Notes: generated by a model from the sequence alone, not told the origin. A stretch of 64,000 nucleotides of DNA from an uncultured Syntrophobacterales bacterium (GCA_903928915.1 CAIYSL010000018.1:90075-154074), one strand, 5' to 3'. Counted from the first letter of the stretch, positions 9,364-17,748 are shown. Program-made: numbers and translations.

Positions 9364-10347
9364 GTGATGAGGAGAAAGGTGTTGTTTTTCCTGTTGGCGG
9401 CGGTCCTGGCGCTGGTCGCGATTCCGGGGACCGCGTTGTGCGCGGATTATCCCACCCGGGAGATCGAGTTCGTCTCCGGTTTCGGACCGGGGAGCAGCAA
9501 CGACAGCGTCGCGCGGCTGATCGGCAAGTTCTCGGAGAAGTATGTGGGCAAGCCCATCGTCGTGGTCAACAAGGCCGGCGGAGGGGGAACGCGGGGCTAC
9601 GCCTTCGTGGCGGCAGCGAAGCCGGACGGATACACCCTGGGGAATCTGAACGTGGCCGTGATCTTCACCCCCTATCTCGTCAAGGGGGTGACCTATAATT
9701 ACAAGAAGAATTTCCGGATCATCAGCAAGACCGCGATCATGCCCATCGGCCTGTACGTCAAGAAGGGGGGGCCCTACGACATCCCGCTGAAGGACTTGGT
9801 CAAGAAGTTCAAGGAGAAGCCCAACACGGTCAAGATCGGGGTCGGGGGGAACTGGGTCCCCGAGGACATCGCCCGCGCGGTATTCGAGGACGAGGCCGGA
9901 GTCCAGGGGATCCGGGTCCCCTTCACCGGCGGCGGCGGCGAAACCATCCCGGCGCTCCTGGGCGGGCATACGGACATCAACTTCGGCGGCGCCTCCCATT
10001 GGGCGGAGCTGTACCGGTCCGGGAAGGTCAACGTCCTGGCGACCACCCTGGACAAGCGGGACCCCGGGATGCCCAACATCCCCACCTTCAAGGAGAACGG
10101 GATTGATATGGCGGGCATCATGAACATCTACTGGGTGGGCGCCCCGGCGGGCACCCCGGATGCCGTGGTGAAGCACCTGGCGGAGGCCTTCAAGAAGGGG
10201 GTGGCCGAGCCGGGCTACGCCGCCGGGATGGCCAACCTGGGATGCACCGCGGCCTGGGACGGGCCTGAGGACTCGCTGAAGGAAATGGACAAGATCGAAC
10301 AGACGTTCCTGAAGCTGGTGAAGAAGTACAACCTGCAGCCGCAATGA
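9364..10347 (+). CDS. tctC: Tripartite tricarboxylate transporter substrate-binding protein TctC (Bug family)
   Basis: Signal peptide, then ADYPTREIEFVSGFGPGSSNDSVARL...VVNKAGGGGTRGY...KPDGYTL. AGGAGG lies upstream. The start may be GTG 9364 or ATG 9367. Confidence 0.9.
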   Translation: MMRRKVLFFLLAAVLALVAIPGTALCADYPTREIEFVSGFGPGSSNDSVARLIGKFSEKYVGKPIVVVNKAGGGGTRGYAFVAAAKPDGYTLGNLNVAVIFTPYLVKGVTYNYKKNFRIISKTAIMPIGLYVKKGGPYDIPLKDLVKKFKEKPNTVKIGVGGNWVPEDIARAVFEDEAGVQGIRVPFTGGGGETIPALLGGHTDINFGGASHWAELYRSGKVNVLATTLDKRDPGMPNIPTFKENGIDMAGIMNIYWVGAPAGTPDAVVKHLAEAFKKGVAEPGYAAGMANLGCTAAWDGPEDSLKEMDKIEQTFLKLVKKYNLQPQ

Positions 10348-10441
10348 ACGGCGCCCAACGCGGCGGCCCGCGGCCCGGTGAAGACTTCATTCACCAGGCC
10401 GGGCGCGCCGGAACGCGATCCTTTCGCGGATAGCGGAGAGA

Positions 10442-10480
10442 AACGCCCGGGAAAGGCCGATGCCTTCCCGGGCGTTTTTT
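10442..10480 (+). terminator. Rho-independent terminator after tctC
   Basis: aacgcccgggaaagg / ccttcccgggcgtt stem (one bulged A), loop ccgatg, followed by TTTTTT (10475-10480). Confidence 0.65.
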
Positions 10481-10554
10481 ATGCGGCAGATCGTCGTACC
10501 GCGGCGGTACGGTCCCTGCGGTCGGGTAAGCGCTCTCGACGGGCGGCGTTCATT

Positions 10555-11442
10555 CTATCTTTCCGTTCCGGTCCGGGGGAAGAAGTCCTCGGCGGCTCCC
10601 GGGGAGGCGCCCCTTGCGGGACAAACCAGAACCGGGAAGCCGTTCGGGTCGACGAGTTTCCAGGCGGAACCGCCCGCGGCAGCATAGTCGATGCCGAGCC
10701 TCCGGATCGTCCGCTCCGCCTCTGCGAGGTCGAAACCGGCGATGGAGACGGCGATGCGATCGATCACCGGCCCGTCGTCGCGCCGGGACAGGGCGATCGC
10801 ATCCCCCGGGGCGGCGCCGAAGCTCAGGACACAGGAGGCCCCGTTGTCAAAGGCGACCCGCATGCCGAAGAGGCTGGTATAGAAGTCGCGGGTCCGTCCG
10901 TAATCGGGGACCCCGTAGGAGACATGGTGGAGCGCGGTGGCCTGCCAGCCGGTCCTGCTGGGCCGCGCCGCCTTCTCGCCGGAGGGGATCTTGCCGTCGG
11001 TGTTCCAGCCGCGGGTAGCGGCGCCGGGAAAGACCCCGGCTTCGGCGCCGATCTGGGTCAGGAATCCGTTGTCGTCCCGGGCGTGCAGGGCGAAGTCCCC
11101 GTCCCAGTCCACGCCGTCGATCCCCCAGTTCACCAGGGTCCGCCGGATGCGCCCGGCCTCGAAAGCGGCGACGGAGAAGGCCCAGTGGTCGATGCAGGGC
11201 ACGGGCGGCTCCTCCCGCCTGCGGATGTACATCTCCCGCCGCGGCTTGCCGAAGGCGATCGAGGCCTGCCTGCCGTCGTCGTACACGCAGTCCATGCCGA
11301 AGATGTCCATGTACCAGTCGCGCGTCCCGGCGTACTCTCGCACGCCGTACGACAGATGGTTGATCGCCGTTGCCGTGAGGATGCCGCGAGGCGCAATCAT
11401 CCGGCCGCTGCCGTTTAGCTCCCGTTGAAAAGACTCGGTCAT
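10555..11442 (-). CDS. Two-domain VOC (glyoxalase / bleomycin-resistance / dioxygenase) family protein
   Basis: Internal ATG 11442. Two repeats of INHLSYGV..Y..TRDWY..IFGM and LHHVSYGVPDYGRTRDFYTSLFGM. Confidence 0.75.
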   Translation of the reverse strand: MTESFQRELNGSGRMIAPRGILTATAINHLSYGVREYAGTRDWYMDIFGMDCVYDDGRQASIAFGKPRREMYIRRREEPPVPCIDHWAFSVAAFEAGRIRRTLVNWGIDGVDWDGDFALHARDDNGFLTQIGAEAGVFPGAATRGWNTDGKIPSGEKAARPSRTGWQATALHHVSYGVPDYGRTRDFYTSLFGMRVAFDNGASCVLSFGAAPGDAIALSRRDDGPVIDRIAVSIAGFDLAEAERTIRRLGIDYAAAGGSAWKLVDPNGFPVLVCPARGASPGAAEDFFPRTGTER

Positions 11443-11499
11443 GTGGTGATCCCCCTTTACGGGGACGAGAGTACGGAAAGGAGCCCCGCGAGTCAAGGG

Positions 11500-11521
11500 G
11501 CATGTCACGGGCATGTCACGG
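11500..11521. repeat. Perfect tandem duplication of an 11-bp unit (gcatgtcacgg x2)
   Basis: Read directly from the sequence. Lies 58 nt upstream of the VOC gene start. Confidence 0.9.
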
Positions 11522-11866
11522 CTGCTCGCCCGGGGATCCTCGGGAGGAGCACGGCAGCTTTCCTACTCCTTCGGCAGCTCCGCAGAACGAGCCTGCGGCG
11601 AGCCTGGTCAGCCTTGACCTGCCGGTGCCGTTTCTTGGCCAATTTTCGACAGGCGGGCGGGACGCCGGGAGGGATCGCTGTCCGATCCGGAAGCGGGCGG
11701 GGGCCGGCTGTACCGCTGTCCTACAGGGACAGGCACGGCGCCCCCTGCGGGGCTCAGCCGGAGCCATGGGTGGTCCGAAAGTTGCATTTTTTATCGTAGG
11801 GACGAACGGTAATGAACGGTCGACCGTGAATGACGGCAGCAGGGTATGGCGACCCATTATTGCGAC

Positions 11867-12640
11867 ATAACCTACGGCAACGGCACCTTCGTGGCGGTGG
11901 GGAACGCGGGGGCGCTCCTCACCTCGCCGGACGGGGTAACCTGGATGTCCCGGGCCAGGGAAACGGCCTGTCACCTGAAAGGGATAACCTACCACGACGG
12001 CATCTTCGTGGCGGTGGGGAATGCGGGCACGCTCCTCACCTCGCATGACGGGATCGTCTGGACTCCCCGATACTCGGGAACAACCGTCACGCTGTACGGG
12101 GTGAGCTACGGCAACACTATCTTTGTGGTCGTGGGCGGCTACGGAACGGTCCTCACCTCGCCGAACGGTGTGACCTGGAGAGTCCAGCATGCGGGAACCC
12201 CCGCGTATCTGTACGGGGTGACCTTCGACAAGGGCATCTTCGTGGCCGTCGGAGATGCAGGCACCCTGATCACCTCGCGCGACGGGACGGCCTGGACGGC
12301 CAGGAGGTCGGGAACGGCCTACTACCTGAACAAGATTACCCACAGCAACGGCACCTTCGTGGCCGTGGGATACGCAGGCACGATCCTCACCTCGCATGAC
12401 GGTGCAACATGGACGATCAGAGACCTGGGAACAACAGCTCATTCTATGCAGTAACCTACGGCGGGGGCATGTTCGTTGCGGTGGGGAATGCGGGCACATT
12501 CCTCACCTCCCCCGACGGGGTGAACTGGACACCCCGGGAATCGGGGACCGGCCAGCCCCTGTTCGGCGTGACCTACGGCAACGGCACCTTCGTGGCGGTG
12601 GGGTACAACGGCACGATCGTCCAGTCGGCCCCGCAAAACG
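11867..12640 (+). repeat. About seven tandem 117-bp (39-codon) coding repeats
   Basis: The DNA core ggcaYcttcgtggcSgtgggNaaYgcRggcacNNtcctcacctcgc recurs at 117-bp spacing (e.g. near 11881, 11998, 12232, 12349, 12466, 12583). Confidence 0.75.
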
Positions 12641-12643
12641 CCC

Positions 12644-12672
12644 TTGACATGAAGGGATGTCCTTCCTATGCT
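12644..12672 (+). promoter_or_regulatory. Sigma70-type promoter candidate for the SDR gene, embedded in the propeller gene 3' end
   Basis: TTGACA (12644-12649), 17-nt spacer, TATGCT (12667-12672), preceded by AAAACGCCC. Confidence 0.45.
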
Positions 12673-12739
12673 CCTGAGGCGTAACGATCACATCCGGAAG
12701 CTTGTTTCGCGGTGAGCGTGCTCGTGCCGAAGGAGGGGG

Positions 12740-13510
12740 ATGGGAAGGTATCCTGATCTGGCGGGAAGGGCGGCGATCGTGACCGCGGGGGCGGTCGGAA
12801 TCGGCGGGGCGATCGCCGACGGGTTTGCCGACAACGGCGTGTCGGTCGCGGTGGTCGACAAGGACCCCGCCGCGGCCCACAGGAAGGCCGCGGAGCTGAC
12901 GGCTCGCGGGACTGGCGCCGTCGCCATCGCCTGCGACGTCACCCAGTCCGAGTCGGTCCAGCAGATGGTCGCGGAGGTGCTGCGGCGCTTCGGCAGGATC
13001 GACATCCTCGTCAACGCTACCGGCAACCGCTTCGGCGGGATGACCACCCTCACCGTCTCCCCCGAGGAGTGGGACACCACCTTCAGCCTCTGCCTCCGGT
13101 CCCACTACCTCTGCAGCCGGGCCGTCCTTCCCCGCATGATCGAGCAGGGCTGGGGCAGGATCATCAACATCTCCTCCGATGCGGGCCGCCTGCCGGTGCG
13201 CCTCACCAGCCCCGCCTATGCCGCGGCAAAGGCCGGGGTGATCGGGTTCACCAAACACCTTGCCCTGGAGGTGGCCCGTCAGGGGATCACGGTCAACGCC
13301 ACGGTCCCCGGGACCACCCTGACCCCCCGCACGCGGCAGAGCTTCGCGCTCCGCCCGGAGGGGCTCAAGGAGCGCGAGGAGCGCAACCCTCTGGGCCGGC
13401 TCGCCGTGCCCGAGGAGCAGGCGGGGATCGTGGTGTTCCTCGCCTCGGACGAGGCCCGCTACATCACCGGTGCGGTGATGGAGGTCACCGGCGGCCTGCT
13501 GATGACCTGA
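12740..13510 (+). CDS. Short-chain dehydrogenase/reductase (FabG-like)
   Basis: AGGAGG lies upstream. TAGAVGIGGAIA dinucleotide motif, NISS, catalytic YAAAKAG. Confidence 0.9.
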   Translation: MGRYPDLAGRAAIVTAGAVGIGGAIADGFADNGVSVAVVDKDPAAAHRKAAELTARGTGAVAIACDVTQSESVQQMVAEVLRRFGRIDILVNATGNRFGGMTTLTVSPEEWDTTFSLCLRSHYLCSRAVLPRMIEQGWGRIINISSDAGRLPVRLTSPAYAAAKAGVIGFTKHLALEVARQGITVNATVPGTTLTPRTRQSFALRPEGLKEREERNPLGRLAVPEEQAGIVVFLASDEARYITGAVMEVTGGLLMT

Positions 13511-13750
13511 GCGCCGTGCTTCCCCACCGGGGATCTCCCTGCCGTCGGAGGTACGGTCCCGGCTCCGACAGAAAGTCCGCTTCGGCCCGGTCCCGGGAGG
13601 ACTGATCATCCCCCGACAGCCTCGCGGCTTACCGATCAATTGACCGTGATCTTCGCCGCTCGGCATGGTAATACCTTGATTTCGCAGGGCAGGGTGGTAG
13701 AATTCAACAGGCTGCCCGGCAGGGAAGCGGTCCGCAGCGAGGAGGTTCCC

Positions 13751-15130
13751 ATGAAGGTAGCGGTACTCAACGGAAGCCCCAAGGGGGAGAAGAGCGTGAC
13801 CCTGCAGTACGCGCTGTACCTGCAGAAGAAATTCCCCGCGTTCGAAATGACGTTCCATCCGGTTGCCCGGCAGATCCAGAACCTGGAGCGGGACGAGGAG
13901 GCGTTCGGACAGGTCATCGAGGACGTCCGGGCGGCGGAGCTTGTCCTCTGGGCCTTTCCGCTGTACTTTCTGTCAGTCTCCTCCCAGTTCAAACGGTTCG
14001 TCGAGCTGATCTTCGCGCGGCGCGCGGAGGATGCCTTCCGCAACCGGTACGCGGCGGCCGTTTCCACCTCAATCCACTTCTTCGACCATACGGCCCACAA
14101 CTACGTGCACGCCCTCTGCGACGACCTCGGGATGCGGTACCTGGGCGGCTATTCCGCGGGGATGTATGACCTGCTGAGCAGCAAGGAGCGAAAGCGGTTT
14201 CTGCTTTTCGCCGAGAATTTCCAGGAGGCGGTGAGACGGGGCGCGCCGACCGCGATAGCGTACCCGCCGCTGAGCTGGGCGCCCTTTGCGTACCACCCCG
14301 GTCCGGGGCAGCCCCCCGTCGATCTCGGCGGAAAGCGGGTGCTGATCCTGACGGATGCCACGCCCGCAGACGCCAACCTGACCGCGATGGCGCAGACGCT
14401 CAGAGAGCGGTTCCCTCGGGAGGTCGACGCGGCGAATCTCCATGACGTATCGATCGCCGGCGGGTGCCTCGGCTGCATCTCCTGCGGGTACGACAACCGC
14501 TGCGTCTATTTCGGCAGGGACGGCTACCGGGAGTTCTTCGAGGCCCGGGTGAAGACCGCCGACGTGATCTTTCTGGCCGGCGCCATGAAGGACCGGGCCC
14601 TCTCCTCCCGCTGGAAGCTGTTCTTCGACCGCTCCTTCTACAACACCCACCAGCCGGTCCTGGAGGGGAAGCAGGTGGGGTTCCTGATCTCCGGTCCCCT
14701 GGGGCAGAACGCAAACCTCCGGGAGATGCTGACCGCCTACACGGAATGCATGGGGGGGAACCTCGTGGGGTTCGTGACCGACGAGCCCGGCGACTCGGCG
14801 CTGATCGACGCCCGGATCCATGAATTCGCCCGGACGGCGGTCCGCCTGGCCGGTCAGTCCTACCTCCGGCCGGCCACCTTTCTGAGCACCGCCGGGGCGA
14901 AGCTGATGCGGGACGCGATCTGGGGGCCGCTGCGCTTCGTCTTCCTGGCGGACCACCGCTATTACCAGAGGCACGGGGGGTACGATTTCCCCCAGCGGCA
15001 GTACAAGGTGCGGCTGCGGAACGCCCTGATGACGCTGCTGATGCGCATCCCCGCGACGCGCAAGGATGTCCAGAAGCGCACGATCGACGAGATGGTCAAG
15101 CCGCTCCGGCAGGTGGTGGAGAGCCGCTAG
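13751..15130 (+). CDS. Fused tandem flavodoxin-fold reductase. The C-terminal half is iron-sulfur-flavoprotein (Isf)-like with a compact 4-Cys motif
   Basis: ATG 13751 after GGAGG. N-terminal MKVAVLNGSPKGEKS... is of NADPH-dependent FMN-reductase type. The second domain KRVLILTD... contains CLGCISCGYDNRC (CxxCxxCx5C, 14465-14503). Confidence 0.7.
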   Translation: MKVAVLNGSPKGEKSVTLQYALYLQKKFPAFEMTFHPVARQIQNLERDEEAFGQVIEDVRAAELVLWAFPLYFLSVSSQFKRFVELIFARRAEDAFRNRYAAAVSTSIHFFDHTAHNYVHALCDDLGMRYLGGYSAGMYDLLSSKERKRFLLFAENFQEAVRRGAPTAIAYPPLSWAPFAYHPGPGQPPVDLGGKRVLILTDATPADANLTAMAQTLRERFPREVDAANLHDVSIAGGCLGCISCGYDNRCVYFGRDGYREFFEARVKTADVIFLAGAMKDRALSSRWKLFFDRSFYNTHQPVLEGKQVGFLISGPLGQNANLREMLTAYTECMGGNLVGFVTDEPGDSALIDARIHEFARTAVRLAGQSYLRPATFLSTAGAKLMRDAIWGPLRFVFLADHRYYQRHGGYDFPQRQYKVRLRNALMTLLMRIPATRKDVQKRTIDEMVKPLRQVVESR

Positions 15131-15166
15131 CCGCGACAGACTGGGAAGGGCGGTTAAGAAGAAGCC

Positions 15167-16132
15167 ATGTCCGACACCGTGCTGAGGACCATCGAACTGA
15201 CAAAGCTGTATAAGCGCCGCACAGCGGTGGATCGCCTCAGCATCGAGGTCAGGCGGGGCGACATCTTCGGGTTTCTGGGGCCCAACGGCGCGGGCAAGAG
15301 CACCACCATCCGGATGATCCTCCGGCTGGCCTTTCCCACCGCGGGGGACGTGGAGCTCTTCGGGATGTCGCTCAAAAAGGCGCGGCACCGGGCGCTGGCC
15401 AAGGTGGGCGCAGTGGTCGAGAAGCCGGCCTTCTACGGCCACCTTTCCGCCCGGCGGAACCTCGAGATCCTGGGGGGGCTCCAGCGGCCCGTCACCCGCC
15501 GCCGGATCATGGAGGAGCTGGAGCGGGTCGGGCTGGCCGACCGGGCCGAGGACCCCGTCCGGACCTATTCCCACGGGATGAACCAGCGTCTCGGCCTGGC
15601 GCTGATCCTGCTGGGCGAACCGGAGTTCGCGATCCTCGACGAGCCGACCACCGGGCTCGACCCGCAGGGGATGAAGGAGGTGCGGGAGCTGATCCGGGAC
15701 CTCGCCCGGGAGCGGGGGGTGACTATCCTGCTCTCCTCCCACCTGCTGTACGAGGTGGAGCTGATCGCGACCCGGATGGCGATCATCCACCAGGGGCGGC
15801 TCTGCGTCGCGGGGGGCGTCCGGGAGCTGCTGGGCACGGGGCCGGCGGAGGTGCTGGTGAAGACCGACCGCCCCGAGGAACTCCTCGGGTTTCTCCGGAC
15901 CCGGGAGCCAGCGCAGGCTGCCTCCCTCCAGGGCGACGGGGTCCTGGTCGCACTCAGCCCGGAGCGGATCCCGGAGCTCAACCGGCAGCTGGTCGGGGCG
16001 GGGTTTAGCGTGCACGCCCTCGTGCCCCGGCGGTCGCTGGAGACCTACTTTCTCAACCTGATCGAGGGGCGCGAGGCACCCCCCACCCACCCCTCCCCCC
16101 GCGGGGGAGGGGTGGGTGGGGGCAGCGGATGA
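15167..16132 (+). CDS. ABC transporter ATP-binding protein
   Basis: Walker A GPNGAGKST, signature YSHGMNQRL, Walker B ILDEPTTGLD. The atypical C-terminal tail PPTHPSPRGGGVGGGSG is encoded by the palindrome at 16080-16122. Confidence 0.9.
   Translation: MSDTVLRTIELTKLYKRRTAVDRLSIEVRRGDIFGFLGPNGAGKSTTIRMILRLAFPTAGDVELFGMSLKKARHRALAKVGAVVEKPAFYGHLSARRNLEILGGLQRPVTRRRIMEELERVGLADRAEDPVRTYSHGMNQRLGLALILLGEPEFAILDEPTTGLDPQGMKEVRELIRDLARERGVTILLSSHLLYEVELIATRMAIIHQGRLCVAGGVRELLGTGPAEVLVKTDRPEELLGFLRTREPAQAASLQGDGVLVALSPERIPELNRQLVGAGFSVHALVPRRSLETYFLNLIEGREAPPTHPSPRGGGVGGGSG
16080..16122. repeat. Perfect 20-bp inverted repeat (C-tract arm / G-tract arm, 3-nt loop). The G arm is a G-quadruplex-type motif
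   Basis: cccccacccacccctccccc cgc gggggaggggtgggtggggg. Arms are at 16080-16099 and 16103-16122. The repeat ends 6 nt before the ATG (16129) of the permease gene. Confidence 0.95.
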
Positions 16133-16995
16133 GTGAACGGGGTACAGGGAAGATGATGACGCGTCTGGTTTGGTTCGAGCTGATCAAGACATTCACCCGC
16201 TGGCGCACCTACATCGGGTTTGTCGCCTTCTGTCTGATCGTGCCCTTGATCGTGGCGGGGCTCAAGCTGGGCGGGCAGCGCTCCTTCGAGCGCCGCCTCC
16301 TCAGCCTGCTCCAGAACGACTTCGTCATCGGCGGGAACGTCCTCAACGGCTGGTTCTTCGGGTTCTTCTTCATGGGCGCCCTCTGGGTGCACATCCCGGT
16401 CGTGCTGACCATCGTGGCCGGCGACCAGCTCGCCGGCGAGGGGAACGCCGGCACCTTCCGGTTCCTCCTGACCCACGCCGTCTCCCGGACGCGGATCGTT
16501 ACGGCCAAGTTCGTCGTCACCCTGATCTACACCGCGGCGATGGTCCTGTTCATCGGCGGCCTGACGCTCGGCCTCTCCCTGTGGGCCTTCGGGAGCGGAG
16601 ACCTGCTGGTCATCCGCCGGGGGATCCTCGTCATCCCCGAGCAGCAGTTGGCCTTCCATTTCCTGGCGGCGTACGGCCTGGCTACCCTGGCGATGTTCGT
16701 CGTCTCGGCGCTCTGCTTCTTCTTCTCGGCCTTGACCGACAACCCGATCGGACCGATCATCGCCACGATGGCGGTGATCATCGTGAGCATCCTGATCATT
16801 TCGCTCCCCTTCGAGCTGTTTCAGAAGATCCGCCCGCTTCTGTTCGTCAACTATTTCGACGCCTGGCAGAAGGTGTTCGACGACCCGATCCCCTGGGCGG
16901 CAATCCGGAGGAATGCGGCCATCCTGACCGGGTTCATCGCGGCATTCTTCCTGATGGCTCTGGCCGTGTTCACCCGAAAGGACATTCTTTCGTAG
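16129..16995 (+). CDS. ABC-2 type transporter permease
   Basis: ATGA start/stop overlap with the ATPase gene. Six predicted TM segments. An alternative start is MMTRL at 16153. Confidence 0.75.
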   Translation: MSERGTGKMMTRLVWFELIKTFTRWRTYIGFVAFCLIVPLIVAGLKLGGQRSFERRLLSLLQNDFVIGGNVLNGWFFGFFFMGALWVHIPVVLTIVAGDQLAGEGNAGTFRFLLTHAVSRTRIVTAKFVVTLIYTAAMVLFIGGLTLGLSLWAFGSGDLLVIRRGILVIPEQQLAFHFLAAYGLATLAMFVVSALCFFFSALTDNPIGPIIATMAVIIVSILIISLPFELFQKIRPLLFVNYFDAWQKVFDDPIPWAAIRRNAAILTGFIAAFFLMALAVFTRKDILS

Positions 16996-17748
16996 ATGAG
17001 ACCGATCCCCTTAGGAATCAGGGTGAATCTGCTTATGGCTGCTATCCTGCTGGCGGCGGCGCCGCTGATCGCCCAGGAACGGCCGGCCGCGGCTTCCCGG
17101 CCCGACCCGCGGCAGGTGTTCGCCGACCTGCTTAGGCCCTACCAGGGGCTGAACGACTACACCGTGAAGATCACGGCAAAGGTCGACATGCCGACCGTCC
17201 GGGTCCCGGATTTCACCGCCACCCTCTTCTTCAAGCGGCCGGACAAGTTCCATGTGGAGACCCGGCGCTTCGCGCCGATCCCCCGCAACAGCGGCGTCTT
17301 CAACCCCTTCCAGTTCGATCCCGCAAAGAACCGGCTCGAATTCCTCTGGACCCAGAACCTCGCCGGGGCGCCGGCGGACGTGTACCGCGTCGCGCCGCGC
17401 GACGCCAAGAGCCCGATCCGGCAGTATCATCTCTGGGTGGGGGGGACCCCGAAGCGGATCCTCCAGGTCGAAAGCCTCTCCTTACGGGGAACCCGGGCGA
17501 CGGTGAAGATCGACTACCGGCCGGTCGAGCAGAAGGACGGGGCATGGCTCCTGCCCGAGAAGGTCCACGTCCACCTCACCTTTCCGGAGGGGGTGCAGAC
17601 CCCCGAAGGGCTGACCTCGCCCGACAACCCCGTCACCGGGGGGATGCGCCGGCTCGACGAGATCTCCGGGGAGGGTGATATCACCATCGTCTACGAGGGG
17701 TGGCGGGTGAACACCGGCCTCGACAACAGCCTGTTCAAACAGCCGTAG
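16996..17748 (+). CDS. Secreted LolA-like / outer-membrane lipoprotein-sorting fold protein (tentative)
   Basis: Signal peptide LLMAAILLAAAPLIAQE. The pattern YQGLNDYTVKITAKVDM...TLFFKRPDKFHVE...YRVAPRD...YHLWV resembles LolA/LppX-fold proteins. The start abuts the permease stop. Confidence 0.5.
   Translation: MRPIPLGIRVNLLMAAILLAAAPLIAQERPAAASRPDPRQVFADLLRPYQGLNDYTVKITAKVDMPTVRVPDFTATLFFKRPDKFHVETRRFAPIPRNSGVFNPFQFDPAKNRLEFLWTQNLAGAPADVYRVAPRDAKSPIRQYHLWVGGTPKRILQVESLSLRGTRATVKIDYRPVEQKDGAWLLPEKVHVHLTFPEGVQTPEGLTSPDNPVTGGMRRLDEISGEGDITIVYEGWRVNTGLDNSLFKQP

Larger units (their letters stand above)
11846..12684 (+). pseudogene. Beta-propeller repeat protein (blades of type GxFVAVGxxGTxLTSxDGxxW), frame broken near 12428-12430
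   Basis: Track ORFs 11846..12454 and 12409..12684 are in different frames but carry the same blade repeat. Joining them by a -1 shift after DLG restores the blade spacing (W-17-Y) seen in the other units. There is no signal peptide or N-terminal region. Confidence 0.6.

Noticed and set aside
12419-12440. Programmed -1 ribosomal frameshift in the propeller gene
   Set aside because: There is no X XXY YYZ slippery heptamer at the shift site (gac ctg gga aca aca) and no obvious downstream pseudoknot. An indel or pseudogene is the more economical explanation.
11867-12640. Regular 117-bp periodicity considered as a CRISPR-like or satellite array
   Set aside because: The units are degenerate and contiguous with no unique spacers. 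They translate into a coherent propeller blade, so this is a coding repeat and not a CRISPR array.
14069-16090. 673-aa minus-strand ORF
   Set aside because: It is antisense to the flavodoxin-fold and ABC ATPase genes, which have strong family motifs. The ORF is low-complexity.
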